A stretch of 64,000 nucleotides of DNA from Spirochaetia bacterium (GCA_963677925.2 CAXXYH010000004.1:864001-928000); one strand, 5' to 3'. Counted from the stretch's first letter, positions 38,085 through 48,246 are shown. Notes: generated from the letters alone by a model not told the origin. Translations and numbers: made by a program.

Positions 38085-38879
38085 CAGCATCATTACAGTA
38101 AAACCAAGCATGGTTCCTATCGTCGCAACATCTGAATGGGTTCCCTGCTGGGATTCCGGTATTAATTCTTCAATTACTACATAAATCATTGCTCCCGCTG
38201 CAAATGCAAGTGCATACGGCAGGATTGGCTGCATCCTTACTACTGCAAATGCGCCAAGAACACCGGCAATAGGTTCAACAATACCTGAGGCCTGTCCATA
38301 TGCAAAGGCTTTTCGTCTGCTAATCCCCTCGCGTCTAAGCGGAATCGATACTGCGGCACCTTCAGGAAAGTTCTGAATGCCTATACCTATTGCAAGGGCT
38401 ATTGCTCCGCCTATCGCTGCTGAAGGCAGTCCTGCCGCCACTGCGCCGAATGCTACGCCTACAGCAAGCCCTTCGGGGAAGTTGTGGATTGTAATCGCCA
38501 GCACAAGCAGAACACTTCTCTGCCAGCTAGTTTTTACACCCTCAGCTTTATCAACCTTGAATCCGGCATGAAGATGGGGCAGCAGTTTATCTACTAGAAA
38601 GAGAAATCCGCCTCCGGCTAAGAACCCTATAACTGCCGGCATCCATTTATTACCGCCGCTGTTTTCAGACATCTCAATTGCCGGAGCCAGCAGTGACCAG
38701 TAACTTGCAGCAATCATCACGCCGGCAGCAAATCCTAACATCGCATCTAAAATATTTTTCTTAATCTCTTTAAAAAAGAAGACCAGCGCTGAACCTGCAG
38801 CTGTGACAGCATAGGTAAAAAGAGTCGCAAGCAGGGCCTGAACAACATAATTCTGATTCAAAAACCAATTCATAGTCAA
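38064..38879 (-). CDS. ZIP-family metal transporter (GufA/ZupT-like)
   Basis: GFAAGVM, HNFPEG, QNFPEG, EELIPE motifs. Confidence 0.92.
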   Translation of the reverse strand: MTMNWFLNQNYVVQALLATLFTYAVTAAGSALVFFFKEIKKNILDAMLGFAAGVMIAASYWSLLAPAIEMSENSGGNKWMPAVIGFLAGGGFLFLVDKLLPHLHAGFKVDKAEGVKTSWQRSVLLVLAITIHNFPEGLAVGVAFGAVAAGLPSAAIGGAIALAIGIGIQNFPEGAAVSIPLRREGISRRKAFAYGQASGIVEPIAGVLGAFAVVRMQPILPYALAFAAGAMIYVVIEELIPESQQGTHSDVATIGTMLGFTVMMLLDVALG

Positions 38880-38891
38880 ATACCTCTGTTT

Positions 38892-38930
38892 TTAACACTA
38901 TTCTAACTTTATTTTAACAAACGGGTCACA
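38892..38930 (+). promoter_or_regulatory. Pho-box array (4 hexamers at 11-bp period)
   Basis: TTAACA (38892), CTAACT (38903), TTAACA (38914), GTCACA (38925), directly upstream of pstS. Confidence 0.72.
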
Positions 38931-38979
38931 GTTAGATATGAATATACACTCAGTAATAATAATCCAAAAGGAGAGAAAA

Positions 38980-39831
38980 ATGAAGAAGATAAATAGATTA
39001 GTACTTCTTTTACTCGCAGCATCTTTTGTAGCTGCAGGTTTAGCATTCGCAGGCGGAGCTCAGGAAAGCTCAGATCCTGTCAGTTACTCAATGGGCGGAT
39101 CAACAACAGTTGAACCAATTGTAAGAAGTGCGATTGAAGCTTACGAAGCAATTCACAGCGATGTAAGACTTTCATACGAAGCACAGGGTTCATCAGTTGG
39201 TGTTCAGGGCGTTCTTGACGGAGTATATGTACTTGGCGGAGCTTCAAGAGAGCTTAAGTTAAAAGAATCAGATGCAGGTGCAGTTGCTACACCAATCGCA
39301 CTTGACGGTATAGCAGTTGTTGCTAACAACAATGTAGTCATTGACAGCCTTTCAAGAGCTGATATTGCAGGTATCTATACTGGTGCAATAATAAACTGGA
39401 AAGAGGTTGGCGGAGCTGATAAGCCAATTGTTGTAATCAACAGAGATGAAGCTTCAGGTACAAGAGTTGCTTTCTTCGAGCTTACTATCGAAAAAGAAGT
39501 AGGAAAAGAAGGCAAGTTCCTTAAAGATGCTATCACAGTTGAATCAAACGGCGACATGGTAACCAAGGTTGGTTCTACACCTGATTCAATTGGTTTCTGC
39601 GGATTCGGTTATGTTGATAAAGCTATCAGCTCAGGTGCAAAAACAATCCTTGTAGACGGTGTTGAAGCTTCTGTAGACAACGTCCTTGACGGTTCTTACT
39701 CTGTATCAAGAAAGCTCAATGTTGTAACAATGGGTGCTGCTGAAGGTTTTGCAAAAGATTTCATCGCCTTCCTTCTTGGTGACGAGGGTCAGACTATCGT
39801 TGAAGATGAGGGATTCATCGCTCTTCCATAA
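38980..39831 (+). CDS. pstS: Phosphate ABC transporter substrate-binding protein (start corrected from 38938)
   Basis: GSTTV, GSSVG, ASRELK, RDEASGTR motifs; AAGGAG RBS. Confidence 0.9.
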   Translation: MKKINRLVLLLLAASFVAAGLAFAGGAQESSDPVSYSMGGSTTVEPIVRSAIEAYEAIHSDVRLSYEAQGSSVGVQGVLDGVYVLGGASRELKLKESDAGAVATPIALDGIAVVANNNVVIDSLSRADIAGIYTGAIINWKEVGGADKPIVVINRDEASGTRVAFFELTIEKEVGKEGKFLKDAITVESNGDMVTKVGSTPDSIGFCGFGYVDKAISSGAKTILVDGVEASVDNVLDGSYSVSRKLNVVTMGAAEGFAKDFIAFLLGDEGQTIVEDEGFIALP

Positions 39832-39857
39832 TCATAAAGATCTTTTTAAATGATATA

Positions 39858-39886
39858 GGCCTGCTCGTTTGAGCAGGCTTTTTTTG
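39858..39886 (+). terminator. Rho-independent terminator after pstS
   Basis: GCCTGCTC-GTTT-GAGCAGGC followed by a T-run. Confidence 0.88.
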
Positions 39887-39981
39887 ATATTTATTACTAT
39901 TTTGATAAAAATATGGAAAAATTAGTAAATTTGGAATATCTATCTATTAGCGTATAATTGTGATTCTTTTATATAGCATAT

Positions 39982-40965
39982 TTGAGTTTAAAGGATCTTG
40001 TAATGAAGGTAACTATAATAGGAGCAGGTCGAGTTGGCACTAACGCTGCATACGCTTTGCAGATAGCAAATATCGTGTCGGAAATACAATTACTTGATGT
40101 GAATAAAGAGCTTGCAGAGGGTGAAGCTTTAGATTTTATGCACGGGGCATCTGTACTGGGTGAACAAAGGTTTTATGCCGGAGATTATGATAGGGCAGCA
40201 GATTCAGATATCTTTGTCATCACGGCAGGCGCAAGAAGAAATCCTCATGAGTCCAGGTTGGATCTAATAAACAATAACCTTAATTTAATGAATAGAATCA
40301 TGGATCAAATAATTATGTCAGGTTATAAGGACTCTGCGGTTTTTTTAATTGTTGCTAATCCTGTTGATATTCTGACTTATTCTGTTCATGAAACTTTAAA
40401 TATTAAAGATGGAAGAGTCTTAGGGCTTGGAACTATGCTAGATACAACTAGATTCAGGGGACTGATAGGTTCTGAAATTAATTTACCTAGCTCACAGATA
40501 AAGGCTTTAATTCTGGGAGAGCACGGTGATTCAATGGTGCCGGTTTGGAGCAGTTCAAGTATTAACGGTTTAAGGCTGAGTAGTTTTCCAGTAGTTACAT
40601 CGGAACTGCAGGAGAGTATCTATGCTCATACTAAACAAAGTGGGGCTGAGGTAATTAGTAAGAAGGGTGGAGCTGGATGGGCTGTGGGCGCGGTAATTTC
40701 TGAGGTTGTTCATTCGATTGCTCTTGATCAAAAGAAGCTTCTTCCTGTTAGCAGTGTGCTGAATGGTTGTTACGGTATCTACGATGTGTCGCTCAGTGTC
40801 CCAACCATTGTAGGATCGGGCGGAGCAGAACAGCATATAGAGGTTGAGCTTGACGATGATGAGTATGATAAATTACAAGAGTCTGGAGCAATTTTAAAAA
40901 GCATCATTTGTGATATTGAAGTATTAAAAAAGGAATTTTCGAGTTCATATTCTGGTTGCAGATGA
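39982..40965 (+). CDS. L-lactate/malate dehydrogenase family protein (likely start 40003)
   Basis: GAGRVG, ITAGARR..ESRLDL, VANPVD, GTMLDTTR, GEHGDS. Confidence 0.9.
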   Translation: MSLKDLVMKVTIIGAGRVGTNAAYALQIANIVSEIQLLDVNKELAEGEALDFMHGASVLGEQRFYAGDYDRAADSDIFVITAGARRNPHESRLDLINNNLNLMNRIMDQIIMSGYKDSAVFLIVANPVDILTYSVHETLNIKDGRVLGLGTMLDTTRFRGLIGSEINLPSSQIKALILGEHGDSMVPVWSSSSINGLRLSSFPVVTSELQESIYAHTKQSGAEVISKKGGAGWAVGAVISEVVHSIALDQKKLLPVSSVLNGCYGIYDVSLSVPTIVGSGGAEQHIEVELDDDEYDKLQESGAILKSIICDIEVLKKEFSSSYSGCR

Positions 40966-41056
40966 TTGAGTAATGATTATGCTTTTGAAACATATGTTAT
41001 TCAAACATTAAAGATTTGGCTGGCTTAATGAAACTTTGTTATGATATACTCCACTC

Positions 41057-42334
41057 ATGAATAAAAAAGCATCCGTACCTGACTTTCACATTAAGATAGA
41101 TGACAACCTAAAATATTCCCTGATTTTCGATCAGATTGAATTCAATAATATCGATTTCTATAAATCAGGTGCACACCTTGGGCAGTTTGCTGCATATTCT
41201 GAGGTTGATAATAATGCCTTTGAAGCTGTACGTGACCCGCTCGGTATAAACAAGCTCTTTTATACTGAAACAGAGTCCGGTAAGATTGACTTTGCTTCAG
41301 AGTTTACCGATTTGTTTATTCATAAAACACCAATCTTTTCAGTTCCGGCTGGTAAACTTGTTAGAATAGGGAAGGGTGGTGTGCGGGAAACGGTTCATTC
41401 ACTTAACATTTCCGAGACGGCTAACTCTGATTTTAACATTGCTGCTTTTAAATCTGCCTTTACTAAAAGACTGGAATCTGTTTTTACAACCATTAAATCT
41501 CTCGAAGACTCAGGATGGACTGTCTTTGTTGCCCTTTCCGGAGGTTTGGACAGTACTATTATTGCATCCAATGCATCAAGATTTTTATCAAATCCTATAG
41601 CCTGTACTCTGGACCTGGGGAAATCCGAAGATTCCGAAAAATCCATTAAAATAGCTTCATACATCGGAATTAAGCATATGACTTTTAAAACAAGCGAGGC
41701 CCAGATTCTTGAAGCACTTAAGGAGGCTCCATGGCTGTGCCAGGATTTCAGGGATTTTAATGTTCATTGTGCGGCTTTAAATATCCTGCTTGCAAAAAAT
41801 ATCAGAGAATATGCTGATAATATTCCTGAGATCGATAAGGATAAAATGATCATCCTGACCGGGGATTTGATGAATGAGTTCACCTGTGATTATGCCGGGG
41901 AAGTCATTGATGACGTTGAATACTATAAACTCCCCAGAATAGGCAAGAAAGAGCTTCAGCGCTACCTTGTAGGCGGTCTGGATACTTCAGACAGGGAGCT
42001 CTCACCATTCCGTTATTATGGTCTGAAATGCATACAGCCATATGCTGCGGTTTATGATTTGTATAATTCCGTTCCCGAGGATATCCTTACAGCTGAAGAC
42101 CCCAAGAAGCTGCTTAACTCATTTCTTGTTGATGAGACAATTTTGAGTTTTATTCCCAAGGTTAAGCTCAGAGCTCAGGTTGGCAGCCGTGAGAATATGG
42201 GGATACTCGGCCTCTGCCACAAGATGGGATTTAACGACAAAACTTACAAAGGTGATCTTATTGAAAGAGCTGGAAAAGGCGATGGGCAGATTCCTATCTT
42301 TGTCGGTCGCTACGATGTTGAAAGATTCAGTTAA
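41057..42334 (+). CDS. Asparagine-synthase-related adenylating enzyme lacking the N-terminal Cys glutaminase site
   Basis: GQFA, VRDPLGINKLFY (remnant GATase), LSGGLDS PP-loop, LTGDLMNE; no MCG start. Confidence 0.72.
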   Translation: MNKKASVPDFHIKIDDNLKYSLIFDQIEFNNIDFYKSGAHLGQFAAYSEVDNNAFEAVRDPLGINKLFYTETESGKIDFASEFTDLFIHKTPIFSVPAGKLVRIGKGGVRETVHSLNISETANSDFNIAAFKSAFTKRLESVFTTIKSLEDSGWTVFVALSGGLDSTIIASNASRFLSNPIACTLDLGKSEDSEKSIKIASYIGIKHMTFKTSEAQILEALKEAPWLCQDFRDFNVHCAALNILLAKNIREYADNIPEIDKDKMIILTGDLMNEFTCDYAGEVIDDVEYYKLPRIGKKELQRYLVGGLDTSDRELSPFRYYGLKCIQPYAAVYDLYNSVPEDILTAEDPKKLLNSFLVDETILSFIPKVKLRAQVGSRENMGILGLCHKMGFNDKTYKGDLIERAGKGDGQIPIFVGRYDVERFS

Positions 42335-42969
42335 TATTGTGGAATAAATTCTACAGATAACCTGGAATCTTCCTTAACCCCGCATACCGCCAGCTTAGTT
42401 CCACCGTTCACCGAATACAAACCGAACTTCCAACCGTCTATGCTGTCAAATGGAATCGTACTGAAATCTGCCAACGGCAGCTGCAGACCAAGCCCAATCG
42501 CCTTGATATAGCTCTCCTTCATCGTCCATATCCTGAAAAAGGCATCTATCTGCCTGTCTTTCGGAAAGCTTCTTATATATTCATTCTCATCGGGGTGAAA
42601 GTAGGATGAAAGGCTTTCAGGATCGATTTCCCTGTGGTTTTCAATATCTACGCCTATTTCATGGTTGGAAAGCGCTACAGCCGCCCATTTATGGGTATGT
42701 GAGATGTTGAAATGAATATCCGGTCTTTTAGTAAGATAGGACTTCCCGTATTTTCCGGTATCAAAGCGGTATTCAGATTCTCTGAGATCGTATTTTTCAA
42801 ACAATACTCTTCTAAGCAGTGAGTGCGCTAAAAGAATAATTTCCCTGTCCTTGCGGAAGATTTTTTTGGCTATATCCTTCTGTTTCTCTTCCGGCAGAAG
42901 TCTTATCAGTTTGTTGTATTCATTCTCCGGAATCGGGTTAGTCTGGTGCAGGACGTAAATCTTAGCCAA
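42331..42969 (-). CDS. Sfp-type 4'-phosphopantetheinyl transferase
   Basis: YGK, FNISHT, IGVDIE, FFRIWTMKESYIKAIG motifs. Confidence 0.92.
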   Translation of the reverse strand: MAKIYVLHQTNPIPENEYNKLIRLLPEEKQKDIAKKIFRKDREIILLAHSLLRRVLFEKYDLRESEYRFDTGKYGKSYLTKRPDIHFNISHTHKWAAVALSNHEIGVDIENHREIDPESLSSYFHPDENEYIRSFPKDRQIDAFFRIWTMKESYIKAIGLGLQLPLADFSTIPFDSIDGWKFGLYSVNGGTKLAVCGVKEDSRLSVEFIPQY

Positions 42970-42974
42970 GTGTT

Positions 42975-43673
42975 TTACCTGAAAAGCTTTTCGACTTCAG
43001 CACGTGTTCCGGACAGCAGAAGGTAATCGGCAATGAGCCTTTCTTTGAGTTCCGGGTTATTCCGCTTTTCGCTGAACATGTGGTTCCATGTGTTGATATT
43101 TATTACCGGGTGCGCCCCTGTGTTTGTATATTCAAAGGCTGTCGCCGGCACTGACTCTGAGAAATGCTGCACCTTTTTCTGTTTAAATGTCTGTCCGCCG
43201 CTGTAAACATCTGTAAAATCAATTTCAGAAAGTACGATGTTGTTGATATCAAAATACATTCTGAATGTTTCCACGTCATGAATCCTGTGATATTTGAAGC
43301 TTCGGTAAAAATCGTAAAACTTATCGGTAAGCCCGGATGGATGATCTTCATCGCTGAAGACTACAGTAATCTCGAAAACGAAAAAACCTTCTTCCCTTGT
43401 TTTATTGACCCAGATAGCCTCAATTCCATTGCCGGCAGCTATGTCTTCCTCCGGAATGCTGAATACCGGCTTGATTGCCTCAAAAAGATCATCATAATAA
43501 GGCGCAGAGCTTCCTTCCAGCACAGGTGATTTGGTTGTCATACATGATAGGAATAAAAACGGGAAGGCAATGATTATCAGGCACTCGATTTTTACTATAG
43601 ATTTAAAAAGATTCATCAATATTAATTTCGGAATATAAAAAATCGAATGAAGTAATTTTATGGACGGAGTCAA
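42975..43673 (-). CDS. Hypothetical lipoprotein (start probably ~43616)
   Basis: Lipobox LFLSC; DEDHP and NTWNH motifs of unknown function. Confidence 0.5.
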   Translation of the reverse strand: MTPSIKLLHSIFYIPKLILMNLFKSIVKIECLIIIAFPFLFLSCMTTKSPVLEGSSAPYYDDLFEAIKPVFSIPEEDIAAGNGIEAIWVNKTREEGFFVFEITVVFSDEDHPSGLTDKFYDFYRSFKYHRIHDVETFRMYFDINNIVLSEIDFTDVYSGGQTFKQKKVQHFSESVPATAFEYTNTGAHPVININTWNHMFSEKRNNPELKERLIADYLLLSGTRAEVEKLFR

Positions 43674-43713
43674 AAGTGAACCAGATTTTGATAATAGAAA
43701 TTACTTTAAAATC

Positions 43714-43748
43714 AACATGTAAAAGCTGCTAACCAGCTTTTACATGTT
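43714..43748 (-). terminator. 15-bp-stem hairpin downstream of folE
   Basis: AACATGTAAAAGCTG-CTAAC-CAGCTTTTACATGTT perfect inverted repeat. Confidence 0.7.
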
Positions 43749-43751
43749 ATT

Positions 43752-44315
43752 TCATTTTCTTACAGGTATCAGGTTAAGAAACTCCGCCCTTGTTGCCTCG
43801 CTCTTACGGAATGAGCCGAGTACTGATGATGTTGTCATTACCGAGTTCTGCTTTTCGACTCCGCGCATCATCATGCACATGTGCTGGCATTCCATAACGA
43901 CGCCGACGCCTTCGGGTGATACAGCCTCCATAACGGCTTCCGCAATCTGTTCGGTCAGGTTTTCCTGAATCTGCAGTCTTCGGGCAAAGTGATCGACTAT
44001 GCGAGCAAGTTTGCTTACACCGATTACAACGCTGTCTGCTACGTAGCCGATGTGACACTTGCCGAAGAAGGGCAGCATATGGTGCTCACAGAGGCTGTAG
44101 ACCTCTATATCGCGCACAATTACCATATTGTTGGATGTTGATTCAAAGATTGCGTTGTTGATAACCTTGTTCAGGTCGTCGCGGTATCCCTTAGTCAGGA
44201 ATTCCCAGGAGCGGGCGGCCCGTTCGGGTGTATTTATCAGTCCCTCGCGTTCCGGATCCTCTCCTATTTCAATAATCAGCTCACGTATAAGCTGTTCTAC
44301 TCTTTCTTTATTCAT
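43752..44315 (-). CDS. folE: GTP cyclohydrolase I
   Basis: [38 protein letters not shown]. Confidence 0.97.
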   Translation of the reverse strand: MNKERVEQLIRELIIEIGEDPEREGLINTPERAARSWEFLTKGYRDDLNKVINNAIFESTSNNMVIVRDIEVYSLCEHHMLPFFGKCHIGYVADSVVIGVSKLARIVDHFARRLQIQENLTEQIAEAVMEAVSPEGVGVVMECQHMCMMMRGVEKQNSVMTTSSVLGSFRKSEATRAEFLNLIPVRK

Positions 44316-44923
44316 TTGATTTCCGCCAGGGCTTTATCAATTTCGGTCATCAACTGCCTGTAGTCTGTTGCGACAGGGACTTCAGGATTTTCCTTGATTA
44401 TGCTCTCAGGCGGGCAGAAAAGCACACCGGCGTCCGCTTTTTTTATCATTGAAAGATCGTTGTAAGAATCGCCAGATGCAATAACTTTCATTCCCATTGA
44501 ATGAAATCCTTCAACAGCTTTTCGCTTTCCGTCTTTCTGCCTGAGTGTATAGTCTGAAATCCTTCCATCAGCATCAACTATGAGTGAATTGCAGAAAATT
44601 GTGGGCCAGTCGAGCTTTCTCATAAGCGGCTGGGCAAACTGCTCAAAGGTATCAGACAGAATTACAACCTGGGTTTTAGACCGAAGCTCATCAAGGAAAT
44701 GCTTTGCGCCGGGAAGGGGATCCATCCCTCCTATAACTCTCTGGATGTCAGCCAGCTTCAGTTTGTGTTCATCAAGGATGTTCAGTCTTTTTTTCATCAG
44801 AACATCATAGTCAGGTTCATCCCTGGTTGTCATTTTGAGTTCGTCTATTCCGGTATCTATCGCAAAATTTATCCAGATTTCAGGTACGAGGACACCTTCA
44901 AGGTCTAGGCATACAAGATTCAA
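44312..44923 (-). CDS. thrH: Phosphoserine phosphatase/homoserine phosphotransferase
   Basis: [34 protein letters not shown]. Confidence 0.95.
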   Translation of the reverse strand: MNLVCLDLEGVLVPEIWINFAIDTGIDELKMTTRDEPDYDVLMKKRLNILDEHKLKLADIQRVIGGMDPLPGAKHFLDELRSKTQVVILSDTFEQFAQPLMRKLDWPTIFCNSLIVDADGRISDYTLRQKDGKRKAVEGFHSMGMKVIASGDSYNDLSMIKKADAGVLFCPPESIIKENPEVPVATDYRQLMTEIDKALAEIK

Positions 44924-44924
44924 G

Positions 44925-45665
44925 TTAAGCTCCTTTTTCAGGCAGCGCCCCGGCTATCGTGTTCCAGAGGCTTGTGCTGAGTTCTTTTTTTTCGTCTTCT
45001 GACATCGATGCTGTCTCGATGGGTTTGTGTATTGTAAGGTAGAGATCGCTTGGAACAACTCTTCCCTTCTGTTCAAATGCTTTGTAGGTGCCGTCAATGG
45101 TTACCGGTACTATGGTCAACCCGGCCTTTGCAGCCATCAGTATGCTTCCGGGTTTGAATGATGCCATTTTACTGCTTCGGCTCCGGGTTCCTTCGGGAAA
45201 GATTACCTTGGGGTAGCCGTGTTCGGCTTCCTGAATGCCCTTTTCAATATCGCGCATTGCTGCTCTGAAGTTGTGTCGATCGATAAAGATGCAGTGCAGA
45301 GCCTTTGCCCATGGACCGATAACAGGCCATCTTCCAATCTGCTTTTTTGCGATAAATCCGATAGGAACGGGCAGGGTGGACATCAGGAAGGGGATGTCTG
45401 CAAATCCCTGGTGGTTGCCGATAAAAATCAGCTTCCTGTGATCAGGCAGATTTTCGAGTCCGCTGACATGCACTTTGCAGCCGGCCATAAAAAATGAATA
45501 CCTTCCCCAGCTTGTCGTAGCAAACAGTGCATAGGCGTTTATCGCCTTCTCCAGTCTCAGTATTTTGAGAATGAGAAAAGGGATGAACAGGATAAGCGAG
45601 AATATCATGAAAATGAGAAATGCTATCCCGAACAGAATGGTATGAATTAAGTCTCTCATGCGCAA
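44925..45665 (-). CDS. plsC: 1-acyl-sn-glycerol-3-phosphate acyltransferase
   Basis: NHQGFAD, FIAKK, FIDR, FPEGTRS. Confidence 0.9.
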   Translation of the reverse strand: MRMRDLIHTILFGIAFLIFMIFSLILFIPFLILKILRLEKAINAYALFATTSWGRYSFFMAGCKVHVSGLENLPDHRKLIFIGNHQGFADIPFLMSTLPVPIGFIAKKQIGRWPVIGPWAKALHCIFIDRHNFRAAMRDIEKGIQEAEHGYPKVIFPEGTRSRSSKMASFKPGSILMAAKAGLTIVPVTIDGTYKAFEQKGRVVPSDLYLTIHKPIETASMSEDEKKELSTSLWNTIAGALPEKGA

Positions 45666-45698
45666 ATATTAGCGTATTAGCCTCGTTTTTGCTATTAC

Positions 45699-45828
45699 AA
45701 ACAACTAAAAACTGCAGTTTTTAGTTGTTTACCTTAGATTTAAGGATGTTACTATATTTCCAAATATTGGAAATATAGTAACTCCAAGACAAAAGTGATA
45801 GCCCTAATTTAGGGTTATTACTTTTGTC
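45699..45828. repeat. Cluster of three long palindromes
   Basis: 45699-45730 perfect 32-bp palindrome; 45748-45782 16-bp stem with 3-nt loop; 45788-45828 20-bp stem with two G-T mismatches. Confidence 0.92.
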
Positions 45829-45867
45829 CCTATAGGATTTCGTTCGATATGATAATATACTTATCCC

Positions 45868-47001
45868 ATGAAAGACACACAATTTTTTTACGATATGAGG
45901 GATAAGGATCCCGAACTTTATAAAGCCGCAGAGATTGCAATCAGGGATGTTTTGAAGGTAAAAGCTGATGAAACAGTCCTGATTGTTACCAATCCTGTTA
46001 CCGATGTAGCTGAAATTTCCTATTCGCTTTATGATGCCGCTCTGGCTGTTGATGGAAATCCTGTGCTGATGTTTCAGCCGGTTAAGAATCAGCTTTCCTT
46101 TGCTGAAAAGGCTGTAATTGGAGCCCTGGAGTCGGAGCCCGATGTTGTTATCTCGATGAGTGCTGATAAAATCGGTAAAGACTACAAGGCTTCAGCCAAT
46201 CCGCTGGTTGCTGCTGACGGAACTTCGTACAACAGCACTTTTCACTATATTATGGGAATAGGCAAGTGCAGGGCTTTCTGGTCGCCGGGTGTCAGCAGGG
46301 AGCTTTTTGTAAAGACTGTTCCTGTTGATTATGAAAGGATGAGGCGTGAATGCGATGCAGTGAAGACTGTCCTTGATAAGGCTGATAAGGTACATATCAA
46401 GAGTCCCGGCGGAACTGATTTGTGGCTGGGCTTAAAAGGCCGGGAAGCAAAGCTTGATAACGGTGATTTCTCAATTCCAGGCGAAGGCGGAAACCTTCCG
46501 GCAGGAGAAACTTTTATCTCGCCTGAGCTTAATTCAGCAAGCGGAAAGCTTGTTTTTGACGGCAGTATCTCGGTCTACAACGGCGATATGATTGTTGTTG
46601 ACCCCGTTTATCTTGAAATAGCCGACGGCTTTGTAACCTCAGTTACTGGTAAAAAAGAGGCTGAGGCACTGCTTGAAACCATTACTCTGGGTGAGAAGAA
46701 TGCCCTTGAGTTTGAGGCTGTCGGAAAACTGCCCAAGGGCTCCGGGGAAAGCTATAAAAAGAATGCCAGAAACCTCGGCGAGCTTGGAATAGGGCTGAAT
46801 CCTGCTGCCGGAATTGACGGAAATATGCTGGGTGATGAGAAGGCCTACCGGACAATCCACATCGCGATCGGTTCAAACTATGACGAGGATGCCAACGCTC
46901 TGATTCACTGCGACTGTCTTGTTAAGGATCCCACAGTAACTGCCTACATGACCGATGGTTCAGAAGAGGTGATTCTGAAAGACGGGGAACTTGCGGTTTA
47001 A
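45868..47001 (+). CDS. M29-family (aminopeptidase T-like) metallo-aminopeptidase
   Basis: GNLPAGE, GELGIGLN, DEK..TIHIAIG.N, HCD. Confidence 0.88.
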   Translation: MKDTQFFYDMRDKDPELYKAAEIAIRDVLKVKADETVLIVTNPVTDVAEISYSLYDAALAVDGNPVLMFQPVKNQLSFAEKAVIGALESEPDVVISMSADKIGKDYKASANPLVAADGTSYNSTFHYIMGIGKCRAFWSPGVSRELFVKTVPVDYERMRRECDAVKTVLDKADKVHIKSPGGTDLWLGLKGREAKLDNGDFSIPGEGGNLPAGETFISPELNSASGKLVFDGSISVYNGDMIVVDPVYLEIADGFVTSVTGKKEAEALLETITLGEKNALEFEAVGKLPKGSGESYKKNARNLGELGIGLNPAAGIDGNMLGDEKAYRTIHIAIGSNYDEDANALIHCDCLVKDPTVTAYMTDGSEEVILKDGELAV

Positions 47002-47013
47002 TCGGCAGGATGT

Positions 47014-48246
47014 TTATTTTTTAAGCAGAATAGTTAATATGCGGTTCTTGTCGACTGTTTCAATTGTGAACGAGTAACCGCCTATGCTGATTTCATCCCC
47101 GATATCGGGGATGCGGTCAAGCCTTTCAATAATATAGCCGGCTACAGTTTCCGCGTAGTCGGTTTCCGGAATATCTACATCGAAGGAATCGCTGAACTGG
47201 TGCAGGGATGTATCTCCCATGATCCGCCATGAGTGCTCATCGAGTTTTACAATCTTTTCGATTCCCTGTTCCTCGTTTTCATCGTAAAGCTCCCCAAGTA
47301 TTTCCTCTATGATATCCTCACGGGTTACTATTCCGGCCAGTCCGCCGTATTCATCAAGAACTACGGATATGTTGAGAGTCTCTTTTTTAAACAGCCTGAA
47401 AAGCTCATGAAGCCGCCGGTTTGATGGGATAAAGATAGGCTCACGCATTATGTCTTTCAGCCGCTGGTTTCCGTTTCCCTTAATCATCATGGCGTTTACA
47501 TCGTTTGAAAGTACGATTCCAATTACATTCTCGGGCTCTTTTTCATAAACCGGGATTCTTGAAAAGCCGCGGCTGCTGATTTCTTCAATTGAGTCTTCAA
47601 TTGTCCTGGAACAGTCAAGGCTGAACACATTGGTTCTATGAGTCATGATGGCCTGTACTGTCACATCATTCAGCCTGAAGACACTTTTAACCATCTCCGA
47701 CTCATAGTTTTCAACCACACCCTCTTCCTCGGCGGCACGCACCATGTGAAGAAGTGCATCGAAGGATATTCTTCTTGTCTGTTTGTGGATGAAGAATCTT
47801 GTGATGAGCGAACTTGCGGCTGATATAAGAAAAATAACCGGAGTCAGGACCTGTGCAAGCAGATATACCGGCCAGGCAGAGATGAGGCTGATTTTATCAT
47901 TAAGGGCAATCGCAATCCGTTTTGGTGTAAGTTCGGCAAAAATGAGGATAACGAGGGTTAGGACTCCGGTCATTATCCCCACCATTTTGCTGCCGAAGAG
48001 ATCAATTGTCAGCTGGGTTGCTATGGCAGATGCCGCAATGTTAACAAGGTTGTTACCAAGAAGTATTGTTGTAAGAAGTTTATCGGGGTTTTCACCGAGT
48101 TTCCGGACCAGCTTACCCCTGTGCCCCTTTGTCTTGCTGATTACGCGAAGCTGTATAGGCGACAGGGAGGTGAAGGCTGTTTCTGTTGCTGAAAAACATC
48201 CTGAAAGCATGAGCAGGAGAACCAGATATATAATATCAGCTGTCAT
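47014..48246 (-). CDS. CNNM/CBS/CorC-domain (hemolysin/TlyC family) membrane protein
   Basis: FSATETA, TILLGNNLVN, FAELTPK, IMTHR, FSRIPV, VLDEYGG, EDIIEEILGE. Confidence 0.92.
   Translation of the reverse strand: MTADIIYLVLLLMLSGCFSATETAFTSLSPIQLRVISKTKGHRGKLVRKLGENPDKLLTTILLGNNLVNIAASAIATQLTIDLFGSKMVGIMTGVLTLVILIFAELTPKRIAIALNDKISLISAWPVYLLAQVLTPVIFLISAASSLITRFFIHKQTRRISFDALLHMVRAAEEEGVVENYESEMVKSVFRLNDVTVQAIMTHRTNVFSLDCSRTIEDSIEEISSRGFSRIPVYEKEPENVIGIVLSNDVNAMMIKGNGNQRLKDIMREPIFIPSNRRLHELFRLFKKETLNISVVLDEYGGLAGIVTREDIIEEILGELYDENEEQGIEKIVKLDEHSWRIMGDTSLHQFSDSFDVDIPETDYAETVAGYIIERLDRIPDIGDEISIGGYSFTIETVDKNRILTILLKK

Noticed and set aside
41057-42334. SGGLDS protein as the missing LarE sulfur transferase
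   Set aside because: It carries a remnant GATase domain (RDPLG) and AsnB-like length and motifs, not the LarE architecture
45699-45828. Palindromes as a CRISPR array
   Set aside because: The units differ in sequence, there is no repeat-spacer periodicity and no cas genes
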